In this document: positions 28,801 to 35,279 of the stretch, in pieces
Layout: the number at the start of each line of letters is the position of its first letter
How positions within the stretch are numbered: position 1 is the first letter of the stretch
Made by a program: the position numbers and the translations under genes
Notes under the pieces: model-generated
What the model was told of the DNA's origin: nothing
The model's input: only the letters and a program-made list of their open reading frames with translations
The model's database searches: none
Origin: Candidatus Omnitrophota bacterium
Lineage (GTDB): Bacteria > Omnitrophota > Omnitrophia > Omnitrophales > Aquincolibacteriaceae
Direction: 5' to 3'
DNA: 64,000 nucleotides
Assembly: GCA_043732705.1 (NCBI GenBank)
Contig: JAYTHE010000040.1
Span: forward strand, 3,250 to 67,249

Positions 28801-30635
28801 CTATCGCCATTGTTTTGAAAACCCGCTCTGAACTGCGGGATCTTAAGTCTGAGCCAATTTTGCTTGGAAAATTCACCCCATTTCTTATCGCTGGCGAAAC
28901 GGAGGACCCTCTCGCAATTACACCTCAGCTGGATGAGTCAAAGCAGGCTGTTGGAAATTTACAGTTTCGCAAAGTCCACTTGGGCAATTTGTCAGCTACA
29001 GCTATCGAAGAAATTAGAGATGCACTGGGACAATCAGGCCTGGACCGCGGTCATCAGGCGTTTTTTGAAAGTAATGCAAGCGGACTTGAAAAAGTTGACG
29101 CCGTAATTCGCAGCGATGGACTTTTAACTGCTTTGATCGGAAAGCAAGCGGGACATGGCGCTGTAACGCATATTGAGTTTGCGGTTCCCCTCGTTTATGT
29201 CGGAGAATATACAGTTCGGCTTGGTTATCCATCACATGGAACTTTAACAATTCCAATTGCGAGTGTTGTCAAAATTGACACAGCGGGTGGCATCATAAAT
29301 ATCGTTGCAATTGAGCCCGTGACGTCTGCCGCACGCTCCGAATTGCGGCTTCAATTGGCAGACAATACTAATCCGCAGGTACGCGCAATTGTTAAACCAT
29401 CCCTCGTTAAAGCTAGAGTAACAACTCCGGATCAATTTAATGTTCCAATTGCTGCAGGGCAAAGTATTGCAGATTCTGTGCAATCGTTTGTCTCAACTAA
29501 TTATGGACATCAAAACTTGAATGATTTGCTTGCTAACACAGGTTCCACGGGTATTAAAGTTACCTTTTTAAATTCCAAGAAAGGAATACTGTTCAGTACG
29601 GAGCTTCATTCAGATCCTTCACCAGCGGGACGAGGTACTCAATATACCGTTCTCAATTCATTTGGCACAAGAAAACCAAACATGATTACGAGCGTTTTAA
29701 TTGAAGTTGTGCGCAGCGAATTGCGCGAGCAAGTTTCGCAAAGACAGTCATCTGTTGAAACGCTCAGCGAAATTTTGCTCGATTTTAAAGCCGGAATTCT
29801 GCCTTATAATGAACTTGTCGATTTATTGAAGGGTTCGCCTGCCCAGGTTTTATTGGATGCCGCAAAGGCTGCCGGAATTGATTTGAAGCTGCCCGGCAGT
29901 ATCGATAACAGCACAGAGGATGTGCTTTCCGCGCTTTTCCCAGTGGACTTAAATGAGGCGATTACAATCAATGTTCCAAAAATTACGGTGCGTGTCAATA
30001 ATGAAAAACCGACTTCGAAGAATATTACGGGAGCGGTGATTCAATCGGCAGAGACGGTGATTGCGATGAAAAAGCAAGCTCCTCAAGCGTTGATTGCACA
30101 TTTGCGCGCTTTAAGTGAAAGAGAATTTTTGGATTTGGCGATTTCGGATAAGCCCGGTGCCGAATCTAAATTTGACTCTGCGTTGAAACAGTTTTTAGGC
30201 TCGGCAGCCGCCGGTGTTCCAAGTCTTGAGGAAAGAAAAATATTGTTTGGGAAAATTCGGCTCCATACAAAAGCAAGCCTGGCTGCTTTTGTTAAAGATC
30301 AAGGCGGGGCAGTTGCAATTATGCTGACAGGCCATAACGACGAAATTTTTACCAGTCTCCAAGGCGGTTTTCGCTTTAAAGTGAAAGGCGCGAAAGGCAA
30401 AGCTCTTTCTGGAAAGGCCTTTTTTGCCATGCCGGTTGTCAGTGTCGGCGCCGCAAAAGTTATGGCGAATATACGCGGTGTTGATGTTTCAATTGCCAAC
30501 TCGGCTATCCCAACGTACTTTAAAGCGCTTGATATGCAGGTTAACCGTGATAGTGACGGAGCGTTTGTATTCAGTGCGATCGCCCAACTTCTGCAGGCCA
30601 TTTTTAACGCTCAATACATCGGAACCATGGCTTAG
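16854..30635 (+). CDS. Giant modular protein (4593 aa): signal peptide, putative TraB/Tiki-like domain, 15 modules delimited by RSExR motifs (including ACP and UDPGP-family domains)
   Basis: Uninterrupted 13.8 kb ORF with its own promoter, SD and terminator. Recognisable ACP (ADSLD) and UDPGP (LDGGIG, PGGHG, NGDN, FNTN) motifs. Confidence 0.93.
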   Translation: MFQLKNKTVRASVAVFTAVCLSFTQAAISAPIFSASAPAEVSLPDSLRLDRAVALKVPSAIATIEKLQPGNGKTIFHIQTAHGHYQAQQNINLLLKDLEKNYGVKTVLVEGSSNPLNPEIINFFPKDHEKTMRVVDLLTRKAILKGSEIYLLESGKARGFGIEDEVAYNQNLQDFALVIRAREESKQFLDNLEQSIERLSAVYLSTNLRSFLKQVERKETGNIPFDAYLQQLKIAAKKYAEIDLADPAWQLLWPMLTRVFTIEKLEKKIDAVQFDQQKKDFLTAIKPYTAVEIPREWAKNSPEVAQRVSVYEEVKSLLDLKDLSAKLPDPDTSILFENLVKSLPANFNYARFSSVTSFCGILMIKSEIKADVLTAEISKMEDQITDKLAEKKTAKELVAVLKDYRMLQKLFSLELAPSDYEVIAGSETGGRRPESIQPSVLANRLQTLGASASSLPAKQVRGVKFNHVKELDSLFNQALKFYAGARLRDGKMLARIEERLKETHADKVAVITGGFHSEPFAKYFEQRGYNYALMTPKITTVDAEGRNDYLNAMMMLATAQRLQARRLEARGPRTESATIEGKSVAAMDAVELSLLAKPVSEIVRSEPSLSVEATAVRALWSTEKSSLHSASSSASSTTRATARVEITGARSEMRVSEFPKLGEIPLEVDASQAEKQVFIGKEEWLGDRENLQPIFIQGRGYLAIIVTGPGKWKDNVITSFFISYDAGGKINNVVSLPGGSFHAKSKQIDVKVSVIDEFATATDVQLWVTLKNRKARIFRIKEDKGGEFALYKALKALITSQKRTVSVADGNAGIKKAKSQIVDALKNLESNPTYQQAQRLSHSKTAPKQRSERVITDYQRTVRGLALLPSRSEARKFSDVARFVVGKFVNAVMITGLAVAEIVRITFLSFLMLSFAYVARERAQGPNKTPLQNNEAVRGNVVNLEIIGRHRSEMRPFIHPERISNDLDLLTAVQASREYQSLDKGDEFFVSFYLGHDLVGWIRARREKGEQPWLSSYNRRNDPEHKMIGSMARDAEEKYVSGGNQINELINLMHEESVARKPHIYLSDEHPLVRYSKKRQAIVTKTIARLQSAEAGLLALKAQLDRSVDARQPEPEKFDQERFNSAATERLVQKFIQPAIENLKLGKLSDAWKLIQTAIGLMNDTNGLESGDGLRVIQLLRATRNAISIFADKYGEIVLEADMRAETAEARSEVRTVTLRVLTAAIMGFAFSAIAEQKPVAPPVLRAATDTDPQLLRKIEAVLRQPMPTGNSAGAIQSRKNLETAKEAALKELAGISNPSALYGLLAALLGDKNHPASLKALVAETLKKGLEAPQSSSTVNAVLKILFQIAKDKNNPNRTQAIGVLSQAAEKQRAVIGEFGMREVRLIIDGADKEAAAKRNLLIAEQEKIIRAVNPADKEAWEKRKNALLVLRGFVEDPAFTPGDRSNILKLVVGYLISAPDAVDQQKGKDQNGPWAKVAAAQVLESIGGNEARDALNQFVTDPAQDPKVKADDAFQKVLKKFSGRSEMRTPEITNVRFVLPSKIQGNQVRSAAAYAVEEGLLTGTESWWQEIHTRGNLDLTQRILNDSPKFSYEELSRFARALPPATAYVVVVRKGDFEQAKEFLSIKRPMIFLVEDKADEEGLRNLAIKQSVAHLVSVAYVSDWKKENVASLVREELDRVDGRDLVPRLDRVNIYLSGHLLDSTNEGNARAMLADKGGLLRERVGSLARYYRLYGGQIKSPLKSWADFDVAAGKNSLEIIRSESRATVTEIEFTGEVLVPWRIELKLKDGKSVELKLNQENKAAAKKMFAQSLPIRPLVYTINDASSGTNFGSIQMNLNENPKDLTEKNQISDIRIVKDSVAVSGNNTLVKEVKAWLESFEKEKQAFEGKSLKLSPFQVDDIPLETKFHPVTHSLISARLNFRGNNPVQVGLEADSASLVAMSSAGAEPRETRITFDVTVRKPLTLPQPVGKIHATARVSTNGFTLDEVRKTQTNPAAVDAQGIVSTAAAWLATEDLSESNPRLQPAPARSEVRGDATQPVGGNLFTRPMPRRDALKTAGLLGLISALGRTHVIGATGDVWFGDSNSANLAYTSEQFVNTADGRTFWIFVAKQNIQFQTKPDLQNAAWSPLSGTLADGNVAVIELPKSANGKTGFGRVARATTPSQNQRQAITQLSNSKPLPSEVQTILNSKAYAGKKVTVVQRSEVRGTVFQIVDAFEVSKTEANSESGAYAGPYLLPFLERMPERFKFYKALPQSINFVHPMDETDIGAVNFFASINTASKVDTSSLGAVKARRFKFEDEFVGKEMLFVYDTTAQEIHSIFALDSRNRIVGGIMFKKLPSDILKPERPFPLDPIMTQALDHAGESRVPAKIKYSPQTKDLEIEFNTVAEPEQQVGPSLPDAILKFNSGYEGFTDKPIDSADGAHEFTFDTIAIAAQGLDELIESIAQLEGNEGVSSVYERIKAPQGRISLIFDSKNNLLAIQSGAAGAKARDAIVFEKKSGAISEVVARSSAMAQTLTVLPTVPAPIKGLFGFSGKDHWITFTARSEARSQTGGAVRNEWKISTKGRFSAISPTGKMISLGERSPFERVVEKRVIGDKLIVVTQDPNQKNLRVFNREGKALQLGEFNVIYAFKEYRVVGGDRLIVRMRDAGSLFIYDLADGSQIPLDGHPAIRDSGSILTNEMDVRGNTVYALHDGSWYGYSIRTGKLVRDGHPTKRGTAYIPTGLDIACYGVIAAMIAIGSLLIPLAHPNGVNFAATLAQIVSRSEARLYTNHGGNEPLKQFQEDVQAGKISRGSWLEVRLSRIAAVQKGQFEGFENGQLILKDSRFNPPAMNEHFNLKEIEAIVVRGQYEHYFNIGKSLAIFLIPLFLSFVIAYKYNLHRMGMAVSATIAVVASFILSRFLPASAPVEVVAVAEKIKDIIAKRLGANPEVVTEDAQLVEGLNADSLDLIELINKIESQFKIDISDAEAERLATVGDYIQLVQKKLARSEAREDYRPQKPGEEKPAPGMFGQTRVFGRSEMREILAAFPTESPTHVDFERLFAAYLSDVYTAWKIDGDDIKDKADRAYVKQMALQHLRQRFLGTGTVDPNGPKAPLHIRRNKGSLNVVSAEGNAVVTSQLTYNELREAGAYKRSDLDTDPRRDEYLKAASGAWVTWNTLDGGIGESLMREEWLLNKGLRMRLKDILSQAEQADTKYQGPLAALKQAEENGETEEIIKALREIEKLAGYADPLQLKMGAKGTDLGRSETIRGNQYFVGDAERRLLLIADIATKRKFGKIAFQPFVNYQSAESYVNLMQQPYLWDVIEGSEHPRTYQQALEDAGVEIKTPLEQQDLPKFEIEDGAKAGLPTLDSKVQDKGQPGGHGQWGAFYMMDFTEIAPPDNGFHNVRFFGNGDNNHGNPEPIVVGFAIVQKKPILKITTPATAIDTKGGKETLRLIQLKERVTRVLDQWEEIGAKNAGQIDLFYKAGQRGGFGEQGRQHFNTNLFVFDEEQMHPILRKMREIVGEDEFLDAVMPLLFDKSDKAKTIDGKKFVSMDSAIGYVIHNLNTFYSTDPRLEELRREYGPQLLYYMDYDRGIFAPKKKAEDQYLQERTDYYGPFDEEAKNFHDAEPGLTPPGFDVTDPVEKDSKKADSKFWGEVQHWNDSFGISRVRKMQSLKVEGRVTIRNAEYVGDVVIINRFGREDKTKPAKRVILSNGVYFEQLKALGYWAEDHLLLENVTITIDESGILSTKPTRSEIRNLDELLAELNKAVRAPLNYRGADAMPPTTTLVALAPNLNVVIQVRDGVGTSRTVLTYTLGARELETRNVLPGGRNAQSFPIGGVASYTVNFQLPAADDAKVVADALKRGLPQFVTGDFNVVPAGNSGSIAITFTPKRTQRTELIEAAIPQVMEAIYQLARSRGRKVVDYQLVGYSGIVSKQTYGAMDRFPVTFSAETEQIRQVVRAALDKILDHYADGRVESIEVKLQDDALTTSETPSIAIVLKTRSELRDLKSEPILLGKFTPFLIAGETEDPLAITPQLDESKQAVGNLQFRKVHLGNLSATAIEEIRDALGQSGLDRGHQAFFESNASGLEKVDAVIRSDGLLTALIGKQAGHGAVTHIEFAVPLVYVGEYTVRLGYPSHGTLTIPIASVVKIDTAGGIINIVAIEPVTSAARSELRLQLADNTNPQVRAIVKPSLVKARVTTPDQFNVPIAAGQSIADSVQSFVSTNYGHQNLNDLLANTGSTGIKVTFLNSKKGILFSTELHSDPSPAGRGTQYTVLNSFGTRKPNMITSVLIEVVRSELREQVSQRQSSVETLSEILLDFKAGILPYNELVDLLKGSPAQVLLDAAKAAGIDLKLPGSIDNSTEDVLSALFPVDLNEAITINVPKITVRVNNEKPTSKNITGAVIQSAETVIAMKKQAPQALIAHLRALSEREFLDLAISDKPGAESKFDSALKQFLGSAAAGVPSLEERKILFGKIRLHTKASLAAFVKDQGGAVAIMLTGHNDEIFTSLQGGFRFKVKGAKGKALSGKAFFAMPVVSVGAAKVMANIRGVDVSIANSAIPTYFKALDMQVNRDSDGAFVFSAIAQLLQAIFNAQYIGTMA
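18801..29726 (+). repeat. Dispersed in-frame 15-bp repeat encoding R-S-E-x-R (16 copies)
   Basis: Starts at 18801, 19464, 19704, 20484, 21429, 22140, 22947, 23469, 24498, 25158, 25830, 25920, 28071, 28824, 29334, 29712; all in the reading frame; 12 begin exactly CGCTCCGAA. Confidence 0.92.
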
Positions 30636-30652
30636 TTTTCTCCGTTTTTAAA

Positions 30653-30684
30653 GCCCGCTGCCTCGAAAGGGTGGCGGGTTTTTT
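30653..30684 (+). terminator. Rho-independent terminator of the giant gene
   Basis: GCCCGCTGCCTC-GAAA-GGGTGGCGGGT stem followed by a T run. Confidence 0.85.
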
Positions 30685-30745
30685 ATTTTCCACGGCTGTG
30701 TTAGAATACCGCGCCTTAAAACTGACCTTTTGAAATGGGGATTTT

Positions 30746-31954
30746 GTGTTCAAAACGGCCGAAGAACAACTTCAAATTATTGGCGAAGGCCTTGTTGATT
30801 TAATTTCGCGTGATGAGCTGATTAAGAAGCTCGAATATTCGCGTTCCAAGAATAAGCCTTTGCGCGTCAAGTATGGCGCCGACCCCTCCGCTCCGGATTT
30901 GCATTTAGGGCATACCGTGCCTTTACGTAAATTACGCCAATTTCAAGATTTAGGGCATCAAGTGGTTTTTATTATTGGTGATTTTACGGCTCGCATCGGC
31001 GATCCTTCCCACAAATCGGATACGCGTCCCATGTTGTCCGAAGAACAAATCCAGCAAAACGCGCTGACTTATCAAGAGCAGGTTTTTAAAATTCTCGATA
31101 AGTCCAAAACCGAAGTGCGTTATAACTCAGAATGGCTCGCGAAAATGAACGCGGCCGACTTTCTCACTTTGACTTCCAAATATACGGTGGCGCGGCTTTT
31201 AGAGCGAGATGATTTTAAAAAGCGTTATGAATCAGGCCGGCCGATTGCGCTGGTTGAATTTATGTATCCGATGCTGCAAGGCTGGGATTCCGTTATCGTC
31301 AAGGCGGACATTGAAATCGGCGGAACCGACCAAACTTTTAATCTTCTGGTCGGGCGCGAATTGCAAAGCCGCGAAGGCATGTCACAGCAAATCGTGATTA
31401 CCTTGCCGATTATAGAAGGCACCGACGGCGTTCAAAAAATGTCAAAAAGTTTAGGGAATCATATTGGCGTGATGGATACCCCGCGTGAGATGTTCGGAAA
31501 AATTATGTCGATTCCGGACAACATGATCGAGCGTTATTACCGTTATTTAAGCGCTTTGCCGAAGACCGCTATTGAAGTGGCCGCGGCGGATTTAAAATCT
31601 GGCGTTAATCCGCGCGATATCAAAGCGCGGCTGGGCGAGCGCATGGTGGAGCTTTTTCATTCTTCGCAAGCGGCGGCTGACGCACATCAGGAATTCAACG
31701 AGATTTTTAAGAATAAAGGCCTGCCGGATGAAATTCCCGAATTCAAAATTAAAGAAGATATGGATTTAATTTCACTGCTTGTGCATTGCGGGTTAGCGCC
31801 GTCCAAATCGGAAGCGCGCCGCGCTTTGGATGCCGGAGCCGTAAAAGTCAATCAGGAAAAAGTTTCGGACATGAAATTGGTACTTGATTTAACCGCTCCG
31901 GTGATTCTTCAGAATGGTAAACGAAAATTTGCACGTCTCGTGCGAGCATCTTAA
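30746..31954 (+). CDS. tyrS: Tyrosine--tRNA ligase
   Basis: [27 protein letters not shown]-terminal S4 domain. Confidence 0.97.
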   Translation: MFKTAEEQLQIIGEGLVDLISRDELIKKLEYSRSKNKPLRVKYGADPSAPDLHLGHTVPLRKLRQFQDLGHQVVFIIGDFTARIGDPSHKSDTRPMLSEEQIQQNALTYQEQVFKILDKSKTEVRYNSEWLAKMNAADFLTLTSKYTVARLLERDDFKKRYESGRPIALVEFMYPMLQGWDSVIVKADIEIGGTDQTFNLLVGRELQSREGMSQQIVITLPIIEGTDGVQKMSKSLGNHIGVMDTPREMFGKIMSIPDNMIERYYRYLSALPKTAIEVAAADLKSGVNPRDIKARLGERMVELFHSSQAAADAHQEFNEIFKNKGLPDEIPEFKIKEDMDLISLLVHCGLAPSKSEARRALDAGAVKVNQEKVSDMKLVLDLTAPVILQNGKRKFARLVRAS

Positions 31955-31956
31955 GA

Positions 31957-32898
31957 ATGTCATCAATCCTTCAAGTCGATCAGGTTTCTAAAAAATTCGC
32001 GTCACTGCAAGCCGTTAAAGATTTAACGCTTTCACTTTCTTCCGGAGAAATTGTCGGATTTTTAGGGCCCAACGGCGCAGGCAAGACAACGGCGATGCGC
32101 ATGATATGCGGTTTTTTCCCGCCCTCGTCGGGACGAATCCTGATTGACGGAATTGATATCAGCAGGGATCCTAAATCCGCCAAAAAATTAATCGGTTATT
32201 TGCCCGAGACAGTCAGTCTATACGGCGATATGCGTGTAAGTGAATATCTGCATTTTGTCGCGGCGGTTAAAGGCGTGGGCTTTTTGGCGCGCGGCAAGCA
32301 GGTCGATGAGAAAATAGAGCAATGCGGTTTGGGTGAGGTGCGCAAGCGTTTGATTGGGCGCCTGTCCAAGGGCTTTAAACAGCGTGTCGGCTTGGCGCAG
32401 GCACTTTTGGGTGACCCAAAACTTTTGATTTTGGATGAACCAACCTCGGGGCTTGATCCGAAGCAGATTTCTGAAATTCGCGCGCTGATTCATAGTTTGA
32501 AATCGGGTCGTGCGCTTTTATTTTCGACGCATATTCTTCCGGAAGTCACCATGTTGTGTAACCGGGTTGTAATGCTCAACAAAGGCCGCGTTTTAGCAAG
32601 CGGGACAGTTGAGGAATTAGAAGCACATTTGTCCGAAGATTTTCAAATTCAAATCACTATTTTAGGCCGCGCCAAGACTTCGGAAGCGGTTGCAGTGCTT
32701 GAAAAAATTGAAGGCCTCAAGGATATCAATTTTATTATTTCAGAAGGCGAGCAAGTCATGATGACTTGCCGGGCGCCGGTACAGCTCGAATTCCGCAATG
32801 TGATCACGGAAAAACTTTCCAAGCATGGAATCGCGGTGATTGAAATTAAGCGTGAACAATTGACACTTGAAGAAATATTCCTGAGGCTTTTAAAGTGA
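31957..32898 (+). CDS. ABC transporter ATP-binding protein (GldA-like)
   Basis: GPNGAGKTT, LSKGFKQR, ILDEPTSGLDP. Confidence 0.92.
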   Translation: MSSILQVDQVSKKFASLQAVKDLTLSLSSGEIVGFLGPNGAGKTTAMRMICGFFPPSSGRILIDGIDISRDPKSAKKLIGYLPETVSLYGDMRVSEYLHFVAAVKGVGFLARGKQVDEKIEQCGLGEVRKRLIGRLSKGFKQRVGLAQALLGDPKLLILDEPTSGLDPKQISEIRALIHSLKSGRALLFSTHILPEVTMLCNRVVMLNKGRVLASGTVEELEAHLSEDFQIQITILGRAKTSEAVAVLEKIEGLKDINFIISEGEQVMMTCRAPVQLEFRNVITEKLSKHGIAVIEIKREQLTLEEIFLRLLK

Positions 32899-32900
32899 GC

Positions 32901-33020
32901 AATTCGCTGAAAAAAGTCATCTGCTGTGTTACAAACTTCGCTTCCTTGTGCGGCGTATTACCGTGTGCGCCTCCGCGGGCACTTGTTTGCGCCTTGCAGC
33001 TGAACATTTTTGAACAAATT
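32901..33020. repeat. Palindromic intergenic repeat, family A copy 2
   Basis: Core CTTCCTTGTGCGGCGTATT..CGCCTCCGCGGGC..GCCTTG as at 5438-5559; imperfect terminal inverted repeats. Confidence 0.8.
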
Positions 33021-33034
33021 GGGCGTAAAAAAAT

Positions 33035-33808
33035 ATGAAAAATATTTTATTTTTAGCGCGCAAAGAATTTTCATCTTATTTTCACACCTGGACCGGTGTG
33101 TTTGTGACGCTTTTCTTTTTTCTCGTCTCCGGTCTTTTTTTTGCATTGCTTATGTTGGGATACGCTAAATTCTCAATGAATCCTGGCATGCAGATGGAGG
33201 AGATGGGTTTAAATCAAACCGACTATATTTTTGGCTCGTTTTATATGAATTTATCGACTTTGCTTATTTTTATCATCCCCATTTTGACGATGCGCGGGTT
33301 CGCCGAAGAGCGGCGCGACCAAACGCTTGAACTATTATTTACTTACCCGTTGTCTGACTTTGAAATTGTCATGGGAAAGTTCCTAGGGCAGGTTTGGATG
33401 TTTGAATTATTGGCCGTACCGCTTTTGGGTTACGGCTTGGTCGCGCAAATGGCCGGCGCAGAGTTTGACTGGCGCGTGGTTTTTCTCGCGTTTCTGGGGT
33501 TTTGGATGCTCGGGCTTTGCTATTTGTCGCTTGGATTTTTTATTTCAAGTTTGACGAAAAGTCCCGTGCTTTCGGCCGTTTCCACATTCGGAGTTTTTCT
33601 TGTTTTTTGGGTTTTGGAATGGGCGGCCAAAGTTTCTGACGGGCGGCTGGCGTTGATTTTTCAGGAAATTTCACCTTTGGATCATTACCGTTACTTCACC
33701 TTGGGGCAGCTCCATTTTCAACATTTGGTTTATTTTGTCATCGCAACACTGTTCTTTTTAACATTGTCGGTGCTCTCAATCTCAACCCGTAATTGGAAAA
33801 GCTCTTAA
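33035..33808 (+). CDS. ABC-2 type permease (GldF-like)
   Basis: ARKEFSSYF, PILTMRGFAEERRDQTLELLFTYP, IVMGKF; about 6 TM helices. Confidence 0.88.
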   Translation: MKNILFLARKEFSSYFHTWTGVFVTLFFFLVSGLFFALLMLGYAKFSMNPGMQMEEMGLNQTDYIFGSFYMNLSTLLIFIIPILTMRGFAEERRDQTLELLFTYPLSDFEIVMGKFLGQVWMFELLAVPLLGYGLVAQMAGAEFDWRVVFLAFLGFWMLGLCYLSLGFFISSLTKSPVLSAVSTFGVFLVFWVLEWAAKVSDGRLALIFQEISPLDHYRYFTLGQLHFQHLVYFVIATLFFLTLSVLSISTRNWKSS

Positions 33809-33809
33809 G

Positions 33810-33916
33810 GTGAACTGTGAATAGTGAATTGTGGATAGTAAATTCCAAAACAAAGGCGAGCATACCTGTCCACCTCCGGGAGGTGGCCAGATGTCCACCT
33901 CCCGGAGGTGGACAGG
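33810..33916. repeat. Five GTGAAT(A/T)-like heptamers plus a double GC-rich palindrome
   Basis: GTGAACT GTGAATA GTGAATT GTGGATA GTAAATT (33810-33844); CCTGTCCACCTCCGGGAGGTGG..TGTCCACCTCCCGGAGGTGGACAGG (33865-33916). Confidence 0.75.
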
Positions 33917-33932
33917 TGGGAAAGAGTTTCAA

Positions 33933-35279
33933 ATGAAACAGCTTTGGTATCGTTTTCAATTTCTATTGATTACATTGCTTCTGACCGCGAGCGTGGTGCT
34001 GGGTTATTTAGTGGTTCGAAAAATTGACTGGCACTATGACGTGACGCGTGAGAAGGTCCATTCGCTTCCCGATGAAACTGCGCGCGTGCTGCAAGAGCTT
34101 GCCGCAAAACCGGTTGAGGTTGTTGCTTTTTATCCGAAAGATGATCCGTCACGCGAAGCTTTGACGATTTTTCTTAAACAATGCCAGGCCGCTCACGCGC
34201 GCTTTCAATTTAATTTGTATGACCCCATTCGCCGCCCCAAACTGGCGGAAGAATATCGCGTCGAACAAAATTATACAACCGTCATCCGGTCCGCAGGGCA
34301 TGAGGAGCGTATTTATAATTTTACGGAAGAGACATTCACTAACGCGCTTTTCCGCCTCGCGCATCCGCGGAAATTGGATGTTTGCTTTGTAACCGGGCAT
34401 CAAGAGTTAAATATTAAAAGTAATGAACGGAACGGGGCCATGACTTTTGCCCGGAATCTTCAAAATGGCGAAGTAAGTATTCATTCAATTGTGCTTGCGC
34501 GCGACGGAGTTCCGGATTCCTGTAATGTTACGGTCATGGCCGGTCCGCATACCGAACCCGCGCCGGACGAATTTGAAAAACTCCGCAAAGCTTTCGAAAA
34601 AGGGCGCAGTCTTATTTTTTTAATTGATCCGATGGATTTAGGCGTGGGAAGAAAGTTTATCGACTTTTTTAAGGCGTTTGGAGTTGTAATGGGTGAAAAT
34701 GTCTTGGTTGATAAAGCGAGCCGGGTTGTGGGCGGAGATTTTTTAATGCCCGCAGTCACAACTTATGCAAAGCATGAATCGATGAAGCGCATGACTGACC
34801 CGACTTTTTTCCCCGTCACGCGAACAGTCCAACCTTCGACTGATATTCCGCAGGGCTTGGAAGTTTCACCGCTTGCCATCACCAATGACAGCAGTTGGGC
34901 GGAATCTGACCTGGCGCTGCTTGAAGACGGAAAAGCAGCGTTTGATGCGAAACATGATATTGCCGGACCTTTGCCCCTTGCCGTAGCCGTTGAAAAAAAG
35001 CCGAACGGCGGACGCATGGTAATTGTCGGTGACAGCGATTTTTTAACAAATGGATATTTGGCCATTTCTCAAAATCTCGACTTTGCGGTTGAGATTTTAA
35101 AATGGGCGGGCCGCGACAGCCGGTTTATTCATGTCCGGCCGCGCCGCACACCTTTTAAGCCGCTTTTGCTCAAAGAATATCAACGGCAAGGGCTGTTGGT
35201 ACTGGTATTGGGCATGTATCCGCTCGCGCTTTTTATTCCGATTAGTATTTATCTTTTTATTCGCTCGAGAACCGCATGA
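33933..35279 (+). CDS. GldG-family ABC transporter auxiliary component
   Basis: DVTREKVHSL, FVTGHQE, VGDSDF motifs; N- and C-terminal TM helices. Start moved to ATG 33933 because the upstream extension is translated repeat DNA. Confidence 0.85.
   Translation: MKQLWYRFQFLLITLLLTASVVLGYLVVRKIDWHYDVTREKVHSLPDETARVLQELAAKPVEVVAFYPKDDPSREALTIFLKQCQAAHARFQFNLYDPIRRPKLAEEYRVEQNYTTVIRSAGHEERIYNFTEETFTNALFRLAHPRKLDVCFVTGHQELNIKSNERNGAMTFARNLQNGEVSIHSIVLARDGVPDSCNVTVMAGPHTEPAPDEFEKLRKAFEKGRSLIFLIDPMDLGVGRKFIDFFKAFGVVMGENVLVDKASRVVGGDFLMPAVTTYAKHESMKRMTDPTFFPVTRTVQPSTDIPQGLEVSPLAITNDSSWAESDLALLEDGKAAFDAKHDIAGPLPLAVAVEKKPNGGRMVIVGDSDFLTNGYLAISQNLDFAVEILKWAGRDSRFIHVRPRRTPFKPLLLKEYQRQGLLVLVLGMYPLALFIPISIYLFIRSRTA

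Noticed and set aside
18801-29726. RSExR DNA repeats as a CRISPR array or classical integron attC array
   Set aside because: Repeats are only 14-15 bp, spacing is 90-2151 bp and always in frame, there are no long attC-type palindromes, and no cas or intI gene is in the window.
16854-30635. Giant gene as PKS/NRPS or repetitive adhesin/RTX protein
   Set aside because: Only a lone ACP; no KS, AT, A or C domains, and no tandem Ig, cadherin or RTX repeats recognisable.
31804-31821. KSEARR in TyrS resembling the junction motif
   Set aside because: This is the standard S4-domain SxSEARR motif.
33831-33932. N-terminal extension of the GldG-like ORF
   Set aside because: It is translation of heptamer and palindromic repeat DNA; ATG 33933 gives a normal N-terminal TM.
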